From the human T2T-CHM13v2.0 reference genome, Homo sapiens, in NCBI RefSeq assembly GCF_009914755.1, contig NC_060930.1: a DNA stretch of 64,000 nt; one strand, 5' to 3'. The notes under the pieces are model-generated. The model had not been told where the DNA came from, did no database searches, and saw only the letters and a list, made by a program, of their open reading frames with translations. Made by a program: the position numbers and the translations under genes. Below are positions 49,533 through 64,000 of this stretch, one piece after another (the stretch's first letter is position 1; each line of letters starts with the position of its first letter).

Positions 49533-51658
49533 CTCATGTGGGGCTTGGGTCTTAATGCCCAGGAGGGGATAGGAAGTATGGCCTAGTGCCTACGCCAGGC
49601 AAAGAGCAGAAACACACAAAACCAGGCCCTTGGTGAAAGGGTAGATCAGAAAAGTCAGCCCACTACACTGTGAAACAAAAAGAAAGCTGGTTTGTCTCAA
49701 GACTGAGCTCTGGAGGAGCAAAAATAGGTCTTCTCTAAACACTTTCAACCACAGCTGATCCTGGTGCTGTTTGAACTTCAAATTAACACTTATTATAATA
49801 CTCATAATTGCTCTTGAGCCTGGGATATCCCTGGAGTGCCTGGCAGAAACAAAGCAAAAACATTTTCATGGCAGACCCCTTGAAGTTTGCTATGCAGAAT
49901 TCTTACTGATAATGCACCACTAAAGTTGAACTCACAATCCAAAAAATATAAACTATGTAAGGAAACAATTCAACATCAGTGAAAACATATATGACAAATC
50001 TCAATCCTCAAGACTTCATTAAGTCAGAAATGATAGAATATAGTTATAAAATATGTACATTTAACATAAAGATATAAAATATTTAAAAATGAGAAGATAA
50101 GATATTCTAAAAAAGGCCAGACTTGAAAGAGAATTGAATACAACTTCCAGAAATTCAGCCCTAAATAGGAAAAATAAAAACAAACTCACTGAGATATGAC
50201 ATAGGGAAACTACAAAATACGAAAGACAAAAAGATCATAAAAGGGCAAATTACCTACAAAGGTAGCTCATCAGATCGCTCTGCAAACTCTTGGGTACACA
50301 CGCATGACTCGAGAGGATGGGGCTGGGGTGGAGCATGTCCCTACCAGCTCCAGGTTATTTGTTTCCAACAGGTTTTCAGGCCCTTATAGAAGGCAGTCGG
50401 GTGGTGTCTTCTGGGGAAAATTATGCCTAATACAATGCTAGGGCTGGAGTGAGCACTGGCCTCCTTAGCATGAATTCTTCTCTGGCTCAGGACAGAGGCC
50501 AAGCTCTGGAAGGGAGATGACTACTTACCCATTGCCAAGTATCCAGTGGCACATTAGAGAATAGCCCTGTTCTGGCTGCCTAACATAAAGCTGAAGACTG
50601 TCTTGGTCCAGGGTAGATGATCAGAGTGACCAGGTGATAGGTGATCAGAGGGAAGGAACAGGCAGCAGGGATCATTTAGCAACATGCTCTAACTCAGAGT
50701 TAAAACTGGGCTCCTGCGAGGAGACAGGAAGCATAATCCAAACAACGCCACCTGAAGGAGCCCAAGTCTCCACACCCAATTCCTGTAGTCTAGACTTCTG
50801 CAATGCTGTGCCTGCCACGCTGGAATTCCACCAGTGGGACCCAGCCAGCAGCAGGTAAAGAAGCTCAACTTTGCCGATGTGCCCTCTCAAAGGATTAGAA
50901 ACCTATACACTCCATCTAGTACCACCACCATTTTACACTACAATGCTTTATAATCTTAAAGGAAAAAAAAAACCAACTTTCAATAACCCACCTCACTTAT
51001 CATCATAAGCATGTGTAATAGGTTTCTGATTACTTTCAATTTACAAATGATCAGAAATTTTTTTTTCCAGTGAAAATATATCAGAGTTGTGGTTTGAAAC
51101 CAGCTTGTGAGATTCCAGATTTTGTATCCTTTCCACTACCTATGCATTAGGGAAACCCTATCATAGAATAAGAGCTTACAGGGTGATTATTAGTTGTTTC
51201 CAAATACCAGTGTTATAAAGATATTACAGTATATTGTTAATATCCATGGAACATCCATTTGCTTTTTTTTAGCAGACATCTGGTAGCCACTGTCCTCTTA
51301 GAATTTTGTTTTTTTCCTTCTTTTACTATGTATTTCAAATTTATTGCCAACTGTTCTCAGATTTTTCTTCTTAAAATCTCACAAATCCATTTTACCTCCT
51401 TATTCTCACCGGAGTTGCCTCAGAATCTCTGTAGAAGTAGCACAGAAGAAAAGCACTTCTCTGCAAAAAAAAAGTTCAGAGGCTTTTCTCCTCTCTTGTT
51501 GCTCCATTCCCCAATTTATTCTCCACTAAATTGACAGTGAACTTTCCAAAGTCCAAAGTTCCACATGAACTTTCCATGTCAGTGCCACTGCATCTATTTT
51601 ATTGGCAGCTTGTTACTTTCCGGATGAAATCCAAACTCCTTAGCACAGCATAAATGCC

Positions 51659-52024
51659 TGCTATGGTCTGAATGTTTGCGTACCCCCCTCTTCAGCGCCC
51701 TCAAAATCTGTATGTTGAAACCGAATCACAATGTATTAAGAGTTAGGCCCTTTAGAAGGTGATTAGGTCATGAGGCTAGAGCTCTCATGAATGGGATTAG
51801 TCCCCTTATGAAAGAGGCTTGAAGGAGCCTGGTTGAGCCTTCAGCCATGTGAGCACCCACAGAAGGTACCATCTAGAGGAAGTAGGCCCTCACCAGACAC
51901 TGAATCTGCTGGTGCCTTGATCTTGGATTTCTCAGCCTCTGGAACTGTGAGCAAAGCATTTCTATTGGGTATAAATTACCCAGCCTAAGGCATTTTGTTA
52001 TAGCGGCCTGGATGGACCAAGACA
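51659..52024 (+). mobile_element. MLT1A-type MaLR solo LTR
   Basis: tgctatgg...ccaagaca; 5-bp TSD atgcc. Confidence 0.85.
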
Positions 52025-52299
52025 ATGCCCTTCAAGATCTTACGGCTACCTCTGTCATCCTCGTCTGGACACTTGAGCTCTTCGAGACTTGGGACTTCAT
52101 CCTTAATTACTCTATCCCCAGTTTTAGCATGTAGCTTGTAGTAGATGCTCAGTAATTATTTGCTTAACTAATTAATCAAGTTATAGAAAAATGTGATGAG
52201 AACTTTTTTAGAAAAGAACTAGATCCCAAAACAAAACATTTAGAGTCATTATTGGTTTATTCTTGGGTGAAAGCATTTTTCCAATAGATATATTTAAAT

Positions 52300-52710
52300 C
52301 TTTTTTTTTTTTTAAAGAGTGTTTTGCTCTGTCGCCTAGGCCGGAGTGCAGTGGTGCCATCATAGCTCATTGCAGCCTTGAACTCCTAGGTTCAAGCAAT
52401 CCTCCCACTTCAGCCTCCTCAACAGCTGGGACTTCAGGTGTACAGCACTATGTCCAGCTAATTTTTTCTATTTTTTGTAGAGATGGGGTCTTGCTATGTT
52501 GCCCAGGCTGGCCTTGAACTCCTGGCCTCAACTGATCCTGCTGCCTCGGCCTCCCAACCACTGGGAGTACAGGTGGGAGCCATCATACTCAGCAGTTTTT
52601 TTTTTTAAAGAGATGGAGTCCTGCTATGTTACCCAGGCTGGACTCAAAGTCCTGGGCTCAAGTGATCCTCCCAAATAGCTGGGACTCAGGTGCACACCAC
52701 CAGGTCCAGC
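52300..52710 (-). mobile_element. AluJ (52300-52590) plus Alu monomer fragment
   Basis: Alu text with T tails. Confidence 0.85.
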
Positions 52711-52816
52711 TCTACAACAGGTATGCTTATATAGAAGAGTGAAGAATACATAAACCTTGATGAGGCTGCTAAAGTTTTAATTTCCCCTAGGAATCTAAGG
52801 CATCAGAAGACTATTT

Positions 52817-52884
52817 TTTAAAAGATTACGTATTAGATACAGATTTAAAAGATTATGTATTAGATATAGAAGATTAGATATAGA
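52817..52884. repeat. 27-bp tandem duplication (2.5 copies)
   Basis: tttaaaagattacgtattagatacaga / tttaaaagattatgtattagatataga / agattagatataga. Confidence 0.85.
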
Positions 52885-53199
52885 AGCTGACTCCTGTTAA
52901 ACAAAATGGTGATAGTAAAATGAAAAGGAATTGTAAAAAGAGCAGTGTTATTTAAGTAAAACCATCTCTGTGGGTAATTGCTGCTTTGTTTTTCTATCTC
53001 CCCTTTCTATTCTTACGAGATAAAGATAGAAATTGAAATGGCAGTTTTGAAAGAAAGCTGAAAAGAAACAAGAGACTGGTTCAGCCTAGAAGGACAGAGA
53101 ATCATCTATGTAATGTCCAGGAATAGTAGAAGAGAGGGTTTTAAAAAATAAAAGGTAACATTACATTGCTTATATATTTTGCATTCTATTTCTATGGTA

Positions 53200-53470
53200 A
53201 TAGGTTAGCAAATCAGGTTGTTGCTAAGGGAAACAAGAATTTCATTCTGAGGCAATCATGAGAATTTTTCTAGAATCATCTCTTTATTGCTGTCTGCTCA
53301 GAACAATCAAAACTGGTAGCGGGAAGAGAATCAGTGTAGGAAGGCAACATTGACAAGGCCAAACAACGAAGTGGTGACTCACTGAGTCCTTGCACTCTCG
53401 AAGGAAACAACCACCTTAGAAAAAACCATGCACTTTCGGCGGGGGCTTAATCACATTAGGTGAGTAATCA
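53200..53470 (+). promoter_or_regulatory. Candidate antisense promoter/first exon (possible MAP3K5 antisense lncRNA)
   Basis: Repeat-free segment with an RFX-like X-box (53220-53234), AP-1 TGACTCA (53375-53381), GGCGGGGGC box and a plus-strand donor TAG|GTGAGT at 53460. Confidence 0.4.
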
Positions 53471-53607
53471 CCTCAAAGACCCAAATGGCAGCTCTGTTAA
53501 TGTTCAGTCTGTATGGCCTTCTTTATATGTAAATGCCAAAACATTAATAACTACTAATAACATTAATAGAATGCCAAAAACACTGCAGGTACAAATATCT
53601 AGTGTGA

Positions 53608-54233
<626 letters not shown>

Positions 54234-54239
54234 TAAATC

Positions 54240-54620
54240 TTACCTTCTTAATGAGCTTCCCAGGCCTTCCTATCTAAAATTGCACGTCCCTGCTACACTG
54301 TAACTTCCTAAACCCTTCCCTGGTTTATTATTCTCCTTAACCCTGATCACCATCTAACATACTATAGATGGTATTTTACTTATTTGTGTTTATTGTCCGT
54401 CTCTCATTAGAAAGTAACCTGAGTCTACAGCTATACCACCCTGAATGCGTCCAATCTCTTCTGATCTCGGAAGCTAAGCAGAGTTGGGCCCGATTAAGAC
54501 TTAGATGAGAGCATGTAAGCTCTCAGTGATAGCAGGAATTTCTCTCCATTTTGTTCTCTGCCATCTCTCCAGCACATGGAATGGTGCCTACCATTCAATA
54601 GCTGTCCAAAAATATGTGAG
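54240..54620 (+). mobile_element. L2 3' end hosting the 5S pseudogene
   Basis: tttattgtccgtctc...tag...tgtaagctc...gcaggaattt...tggtgcct. Confidence 0.7.
54423..54511 (+). pseudogene. 5S rRNA pseudogene, 3'-truncated (first ~89 of ~121 nt)
   Basis: gtctacagctataccaccctgaatgcgtccaatctcttctgatctcggaagctaagcagagttgggcc... aligns ungapped to the recalled human 5S rRNA 5' end, with many CpG-type transitions. Confidence 0.93.
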
Positions 54621-54699
54621 TGCATTAGTGAGATCCATTTGGACCCACTGATGTGGATGAAGATGATTTTAGGCTGAAAACATCAGAAAAACAGCAGCA

Positions 54700-55412
<713 letters not shown>

Positions 55413-55690
55413 AGAATGAATGAATGAATAACAAATTGATACTCATATCATACAACACTATAAGTGATGTATTTTCTCAGGCAGGGAAGTAACTGTGGGT
55501 ATTCAGCTTCATATCTGCACAAAAATAGAAATAGGATGTTAAAAAAGAGTTTGCTACATGATGATTCCAAACTGACTAAAATAAATTCTGAACCATAATT
55601 ACTAAGGTATATGAGGCCAATCATCAGAAAAGAAAACAGTAAGGTCTTCCATCTTCCTGCAGATATTTGAGTCAAATGAAAATAATGTCA

Positions 55691-55800
55691 CTTTTTTTTT
55701 TCTTTTTTTTTTTTAGACAGGGTCTGGCTCTGTCACCAAGGCTGGAGTGCAGTGGCGCAATCCTAGCTCACTGCAGCCTTGACCTCTCGGGCTCAAGCAG
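55691..55800 (-). mobile_element. Truncated Alu right arm
   Basis: T tail plus ~85 nt of Alu. Confidence 0.85.
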
Positions 55801-55862
55801 AGAGGTCCATATGGATTGGAGGCCTTCTCCCATCCATATCTCTCTCCTCCCAGTTTGAGATA

Positions 55863-55914
55863 TTAGGTTGGTGCAAAAGTAATTGTGGTTTTTGCCATTA
55901 TTGCTACAACCTAA
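55863..55914. mobile_element. MADE1, internally deleted
   Basis: TA|ttaggttggtgcaaaagtaattg...caacctaa|TA. Confidence 0.88.
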
Positions 55915-56360
55915 TATTAAAACAACTCTGATTTTGTCACTGCCCAGCTTCAAACCCTTCAGATTGAATCTCTTTTACTTGGACACCTGGCACCATGTGA
56001 GCTCATGTGATTAAAAAGGGCAAAAAGCCACCATCCTGCCATGGGACATTAACAGTCCAGTCCAGTGCAGGCTACCAGATTACAATGCATGGAGAAGAGC
56101 TAGGCCAGAGGAGTGGGCCAAAATGCTAAGAGAACAGAGAAAAGCAAGAAGGGGAGTTGAGAAATGATTCAAAGAGAAAAGGACACAGGACCTGGATCTG
56201 AAAAATTAAGGCTTTGGTCACTAAGTGGGACTGAGGAGAAAAGTTTGTGAGGTTGGGCGTCTGCATGTCAAGCCCAGAGGCCGGAGAAGCATGGCCACCT
56301 GGAAAGTGGAAAGGAGGCTGGCACCGCTGGACCACAGAGTGGAAAGGAAAGGGGAAGCTA

Positions 56361-56717
<357 letters not shown>

Positions 56718-57256
56718 TCAAAGGTTTTTAATCTGGGGAGTCGCAGGATTAAATCTGTATGAGAGATTTCTCTGATGATAACAGAGACAAAGCATGAGAC
56801 ATGTTAGGCTATGATAGAGGATGAAGACCTGAGATCAGGGGAGTGACCAAGAAGATGAAATGAAGGGGCTGCAGGAAAGAACGGGCATGAGGGATTAAGA
56901 CGGGTTTGGGAGGGGTTTCTCAGGAATCTGGCTTGGGTTGCTGGATGCCTTTACTTTTAATGAAGACATGGAAGGCAGGAAGAAGAACAATGGAGACCAA
57001 GGCTGGTTAACTCTGATCAATTGTTTGATGATTTCAATATAAAAGTATTATAATAATAACATATTAAAATACTTGAGATATGAGTTCATTACCCTTCCAC
57101 GTCAAAATACATCCTTGAGTCAAAAAACATAGCCTTGAATCAAAAGAAATTGATTTTCTTTCTGTTAAAAGACAGAAAATCCTTCTCTGAGAAGTGGTAT
57201 TGCATTATATTTGAAATAACCTTGTACAATTTATACCAATCTTGAATATTATTTTA

Positions 57257-57625
<369 letters not shown>

Positions 57626-58721
57626 TCTTTTCAACTCTAACTTAAGGAATGAAGTCATCTTAGCCCAGCGGGAGTATGAACTTTGTCTGGGGTTATGAAA
57701 CTGACTGTTGGCAAAGTCAGAACCAGGGCCCAAGGCTCCTGACCCCAGCCTGGAGTTCTTAGTAGATCCAGCTTGAATCAGAAGGAAGAAGGGGCTGGTG
57801 ACCTGAAAGAAGCCAAATCCCACCCACAGTTGTACTGCTTCAAATAAACCTTATTGTTCCAATCAAAAAGAAAAGGAGTTATTGCCTTGGGCTTCTAAGA
57901 AGTCTTTCAAATTCTAGGAATTAGTTTCACATTTGTAGTTTATAGAATCACATTAATAGTTACTGTTTTGCTGACTGCTGACAACACCCTAAGTGAAGTT
58001 AAAAACATTAAGTAGCATTTCCTGGCCTTTCCAACATTTTTATTTTGTTCTGGGCCAAGGTAGCCAAAGGCTTCAGGAATAATTGACGCATGTATTGAAA
58101 CAATGTTAATTCTACCTTCAATTGAGGTAAACATCAGAAAATAATTATTCTGCATACAAATCTTAATCACTGTGTTCAGATGATCTCTAAAGTCATTCTT
58201 TTTGTTTCCACTGTAAAGAATGGGAAGTGGAGGAATTATTTTTAGCTTGTTATTCATGGGCTGAAGTTTGAGTTCAATTTGTGGTAATGAAATTAAAGAA
58301 TTCATTTTAATCAAATATGCAGGATGCTGATAAAATAACTTTAATAAAGAATGTTGAAAACATCTAAGAAATGTAACCAAATATATAATGGAGAGTTATA
58401 AGTTATGCAAAAATGTAAGTTAAGGCTTAATAATTCATATTGGAAAGATGCCCTGGCTACAAAAGGACATTCAGGGAGAGGGACAACCACGATGGATTTC
58501 ACCATCCTCCAGTCCAGAGCATCCCTGTAAACATGCATTCATTCACGTTTTGCTAAAAGAACACCCACAAAAAACATCAGCAATATCACTAGCTGGCACA
58601 ATGGCAAACTAAGCCAAGACTCTTGAAGCCGGTCTGCTTGAATTCTTCCTACAGGCTCTAAAGTCCATTGGGAATACTGTAGAAGCCATTCTCTGTCAGA
58701 AATTTTACATTATTCTAATGA

Positions 58722-59233
<512 letters not shown>

Positions 59234-59789
59234 AGGCTATGCATATTTTTGGTAAGATGCAGTTAGTTCCTGAAAGGAGGGCATGAAACAAAGGATAGCT
59301 ATCTCTGGTTTAAAAAAAAAAAAAAAAAGCCAGAAATTTGTAACATTGAAGAATACTTCATGAATTTTCCAGTCATCCCCTTCATAATTCTATATGATTG
59401 ATAGAATTGTTTCATTTTCAATTTCTTTAAGTTTTACCTTGGCAAGTTGCTATGTATCAAGTGATGCAAAATTTAACACAGAAACAAAGATAACAAGGTA
59501 TAATCAAACGAGCCCTGAAGTAGGAGTCAAGAAAGCTAATTCCTAACAATCACTTGAATAAGAAATAAAAAATTGTAAAATATAAAACATACATAAATAA
59601 GAAGTAGTATCTATTACTTCTATAGACAGCAAGCTAATGCACAGGAAATCTTTTTTTCCAAATTAGGCCTGTCATCTTTTTACATCTTTAATGAAAGAGG
59701 CTTAGGCTTAACTACAAATATCAAAGCTATACAATTGCTAGATAATCATAGAACTTAACTACGGGCAGAGTTAACAACTAGCTATTATA

Positions 59790-60080
59790 GGCCAGGCATG
59801 GTGCTTATCCCTATAATCCCAGCACTTTGGGAGGCCGAAGAGGGAGAACTGCTTGAGCCCAGGAGTTCAAGACCAACCTGGGCAACAAAGTGAGATCCCG
59901 TCTCCACCAAAAAAAAAAAAAAAAAAAAAAAAAAGTTAGCCAGGTGTGGTGGCATGCTCTGGCTGAAGTGGGAGGATTGCTTGAGCCCAGGAGGTCAAGA
60001 GGCTACAATGAGCTGTGATTGTGCCACTGCACTCCACCTCCAGCCCGGGTAACACAGCAAGAGCCGGTCTCAAAAAACAA
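59790..60080 (+). mobile_element. AluJ with expanded central A tract
   Basis: Dimer with a ~26-A linker. Confidence 0.88.
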
Positions 60081-60267
60081 ACAATTTATTATATTAAATT
60101 TTTTTCTCAACTGTTACCTTACTAATTCAGTGTTTCTATAAAAATTTTAGTTTATGAGATGACATTATCAAAGTGATCTAATAAATAAGTATGCCAATTA
60201 GACTGGTGAGCTATAGATTCTTCATTTTCACTTTAACATTAAAAATATAATTTTCAGTATGGCTTGG

Positions 60268-60620
60268 TGCTATGGACTGAATATTTGTATCCTCCCCAAA
60301 TTCCTATGTTGAAATCATACCCCAAGGTGCAGTTATTAGGAGGTGAGGCCTTTGGGAGGTGATTAGGTCTTGAAGGCAGAGCAGGGTAACATTAGTGGCC
60401 TTGTAAGAGAGACCACAGAGAGCTAGCCAGCTTCTTCTACCATGTAAGGACACAGCAACAGGGCACCTTCTATGAGGAACAGGCCCTCACCAGACACTGA
60501 ATCTACCAGCACCCTGATCTTGGACTTCCCAGCCTCCAGAAGTATAAGAAAATAAATGTCTACTGTTTACAAGCCACATTGTTTACAGTATTTTGTTACA
60601 GCAGCCCAATGGACTAAGTC
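60268..60620 (+). mobile_element. MLT1A-type MaLR solo LTR
   Basis: tgctatggactgaat...gcagcccaatggactaagtca. Confidence 0.82.
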
Positions 60621-60844
60621 ACTTGGATTCAGAGTTCTCTCCCAAGTCAAACACTGGGAAGGGCTTGGAGAAAATGGTGGCCATGTGTCAAGCCTGGAGA
60701 AGTGTCATTCTTCAGACATTGAAGATGCTGGAGTCAGCATTGTTGACACACTCCAGCATTGGTCCTTGCAGTGGAGGAAGGCTCTTCTTCACACAGCAGA
60801 CATGGCAGAGAAAATGGACACAAACTAAAAGTAGGTGTCCAGCA

Positions 60845-60980
60845 GTCGGGTGCGGTGGCTCACGCCTGTAATTCTAGTGCTTTGGGAGGCCGAGGTGGGA
60901 GGATTGCTTGAGCCCAGGAATTCAAGACCAGTCTGGGCAACATAACGAGAACAAGTCTCTATAAAAATAAAAATAAAAAC
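60845..60980 (+). mobile_element. FLAM-type Alu monomer
   Basis: TSD aaagtaggt(g/a)tcca. Confidence 0.85.
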
Positions 60981-61507
60981 CATATAAAAGTAGGTATCCA
61001 TAGTGCTCTGTGTCCATTAGACATTAATAAAAGGATTCCAGTTGAGAGGAACAACATTTGAAGTCATTGTTATTCCCTCCTCTCTTAATTCCATTAATCT
61101 TCCATGGTTTCAGGTTCTCTGTGTAGCATATTAATGCCTGCCACAAGGGTGCTATCAACCAGAATCTTCAGTGAATCTTCTTTGTCTGAATTGCACATAT
61201 CTCAGAGGAGAATAGAGAATGTGTAAGGACACCGTGGCCCATGCATTGACACTGTCATAGATAAAGCATAGTTACTCGCTATCAGGTAAGTAAAATGCTA
61301 ACGCTTGGTGCTGTGGAATAAGAATTCTCCAATGTTTACTTTTTAGCCCCTTTTTACCAAAGGAATTCTGGAAGTTGCTTTTAACACTAAAGGAAAGCCT
61401 ACAGACAGTCTCCTACCCCTCATACACCCTGCCTCCTGCCTCAGTAAGGCTTCAAATAGTTTGTTTTAAAATGAGCTCTAAATGTAAATGGACACCTAAG
61501 TCATTAC

Positions 61508-61589
61508 CTCCAGCAAGTCACTTTCACAGTCTCCTTCCTCTGTGCTTCTCCCCTTCTCTTCGGTAATGGTGTTCACCATCTCAAAAAAC
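61508..61589 (-). CDS. MAP3K5: MAP3K5 exon (~14), 82 nt, (K)FFEMVNTITEEKGRSTEEGDCESDLLE
   Basis: ttgtag|GTTTTTTGAG...CTGGAG|gtaatg; phase 2-0. Confidence 0.96.
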
Positions 61590-63725
61590 CTACAATACAA
61601 GTTAGCACGTGAGCATTCATAACACAAACAATAGTAAATATAAGCAAGTACATCTCAAAGTGACTTCAGAACCAAAACTGAGAGCTAAGAGAGTCTCCAG
61701 AACCAGGCAATAACACACTATCAAGATCATGTGAAAAATACAATTTTTCAAAAAGAAAATGCAGGTTGGTAGGATTTTCTAGAAATTTCTAACCTAATGC
61801 CTCACTTCAAATACATTTTTCTTCAGGAACTCTTCTTGTAAAGTTTTTTTTTTTTCTTCTAGAGACCATTTCAGAGACAAGCAAAGTGATTACAGTGAGA
61901 AACAGATTGGCATCCTGCTCGCTGTGACTAGGCCATTCAGAGAGGAGGCTGATGGTTCACAGACATAAAGCCGGGAAGCACTGTGAACGTGGGCTGATGA
62001 TCCCACAGGCAGGTCATGCTATGCGATGCCAGCTTAAGGGAAGAGCAGGTTATGGTGTGATAAGAAAAGTTCCCCTAACACAACTCAGAACCTTTCTTAC
62101 CCACCCATCCATCCATTCATTCAACAAATACTCACTGAGTGTCTACTAGGATAAAGAACTGTTCTGGCCATTGAGAGCATGATGATGAACAAAGTCTATC
62201 TTGGAATTTGGACCCCATTGATGGAGTTCATATGTGGTATCAACTTCCTCACTCTTCCTGTCTCTACACACATTTCTTGGAGGTCCATGACAAGAAAAAA
62301 AATTCCCAAGCCTGATTGGAATAACAGTTTGCGCTATTAAATAGCACAATGAATGAGAGAGAAAAGCTAGTTTAACCAAGAGGAAGAATAAAGTGAAAGA
62401 TCAAAAAAAAATCTGGTGTTACAGACATGATTTAAGATCTGGGTTAAGGATTTGCATCAGCCACTCATGCAAAAATTTTCAATATGAACATCTCTAGGCA
62501 GAATATAACACTCGACAGTGGGATGGGAGCACTAGCGTAATTTTTAGAAGCTTCCATTCTGAAGTCTCCTGTGCCTGGTTCAAACCCCAGATTTTTATGC
62601 TTATTGACTACATGATTTTAGGCTATACTCTCCAAGACTACTTTTTTAATTCTTTTCAATAAAGATATTAATACTACCCATCTAATAGGGTTTCTTTGAA
62701 GACTGAAACAAATATTAGTTCTGGGGCACACACTTCATAAATTTTAGCTATAATTATCATAGAAACAGGTCAACAGACTTGAGAATTTAAGTGTAAGTAG
62801 AGAATTAGTCCATACAAGAGCTAGGAATTTTCTTATTTCCAAGTGTTTTTTTTTCCCCCACCATATGTTTTATGATAATAAAGCTTGAGCCAAGAATTGT
62901 GGATTCAACAAACACTTTTCTTTTTCACACCAAGATAAAAATGAACGACTGTATATTGTAGCTAGCATATCAGTCATTTATAATGGATTCAAATAGTAAT
63001 TATTTAAATAAGAACAATCCCCAGCAAAATTCTGAGTCCAAACTAACTTTCACCTACACTTTGGCTTCTAAATTATCACTCACTTCTCTAGTTTCCCACA
63101 GTCAATCATAGTGTTCTAAAGAAGTAAGAAGAATTTAATTATTAGCCCAAGAGAAACATACAATGGAGAAAAACACAAACATACAATGCAGTCCATGGAT
63201 TTTTGGATGATCTCTTTTATTGGTATAGATCAGATCAGTGGCTCTTAACTCAGGCTTCACCCCCACCAGAACGTCCAATATAATTAGTCTGAGGTGGGGG
63301 CCATGCATGTTTTTTTAAAGCCTACCAGGTGGATCTAACTAATATGAGCCAAGGTAAAGAGGTACTATTGTAGATAATACTGAGACGATTTAAAAGAATT
63401 TGAGAATGAAAATTCTGGTAATCATATACAGTAAGTGAGCACTTAAAATATGAGTTATAATATTTAACAATTAACCAATAAGTCTTAGTTAATGTTTTAT
63501 CTGTGGGAAAATAAGTTATGACTAAGATAAAGTTTGACTTATTAAAGAAAACCCCCCCCCAAAATCTGTTAAATTTATGATATAATTATAAAATATTAGC
63601 CCAAATAAAATATTTATATAACCACATAGCCATGCATTCTTCACAGGAGGTACATGTTCACTCATTACTTGAAAATAATGATCAGGTAAGAAGAATCTTT
63701 TTCACACACAATGACTAATACGTAC

Positions 63726-63821
63726 TTTTTACAATGAAGTTCTGTACAGAAATAGATTTGGAAATCATCAGAATTGTGAAGCACATAAAGAAAGCAGCAT
63801 CTTTCTTCAAATTTAGAAATA
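63726..63821 (-). CDS. MAP3K5: MAP3K5 exon (~13), 96 nt, (S)ISKFEERCCFLYVLHNSDDFQIYFCTELHCK(K)
   Basis: tttcag|TATTTCT...TGTAAAAA|gtacgt; phase 2-2; joins the next exon in frame. Confidence 0.96.
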
Positions 63822-64000
63822 CTGAAACCAACAAACAAAAAGGCATTATTCAGAGAACTATCAATTCTTCTACAGTCCTATGATGAAAAAGAAATGTTTT
63901 AAATTCAATCCCATTTATATCAATGTTGTTTATAACAAGAAGTTATAAATAGCACTTTAAAAAGTGATACTTCCTGCACCACACTACTAAAATGATTTAC

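Noticed and set aside
57940-58380. Longest ORF in the track (146 aa, minus strand, same sense as MAP3K5)
   Set aside because: AT-rich, no recognisable domain, non-ATG start, and not needed because the flanking exons already join in frame.

Overview
Primate (almost certainly human) genomic DNA inside the MAP3K5 (ASK1) gene, which runs on the minus strand. I traced 13 consecutive coding exons, all with GT-AG boundaries and compatible phases (1679 coding nt). From memory of the gene they are probably exons 13-25 of 30, about S613-E1173. They encode the end of the central regulatory region, the complete Ser/Thr kinase domain, the 14-3-3-binding linker and the start of the C-terminal region. The introns are dominated by interspersed repeats: about 35 Alu/FLAM copies, L1, L2, MIR, solo LTRs, DNA transposon relics, microsatellites and a 3'-truncated 5S rRNA pseudogene. 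Nearly all ORFs in the supplied track are Alu-, LTR- or antisense-shadow artefacts. I see no evidence for a wholly new biological system. The best leads are: (1) a 21-nt microexon plus a NAGNAG acceptor just upstream of the 14-3-3 serine, which could explain the Ser966/Ser967 numbering discrepancy; (2) a 95-nt intron with an immediate stop and a competing poison donor; (3) plus-strand promoter and splice signals consistent with an antisense lncRNA; (4) a tailless 5S retrocopy; (5) several nested or reused insertion sites. Repeat subfamily names and exon/residue numbers are recalled, not from a database search, and repeat coordinates are approximate unless a TSD is quoted.
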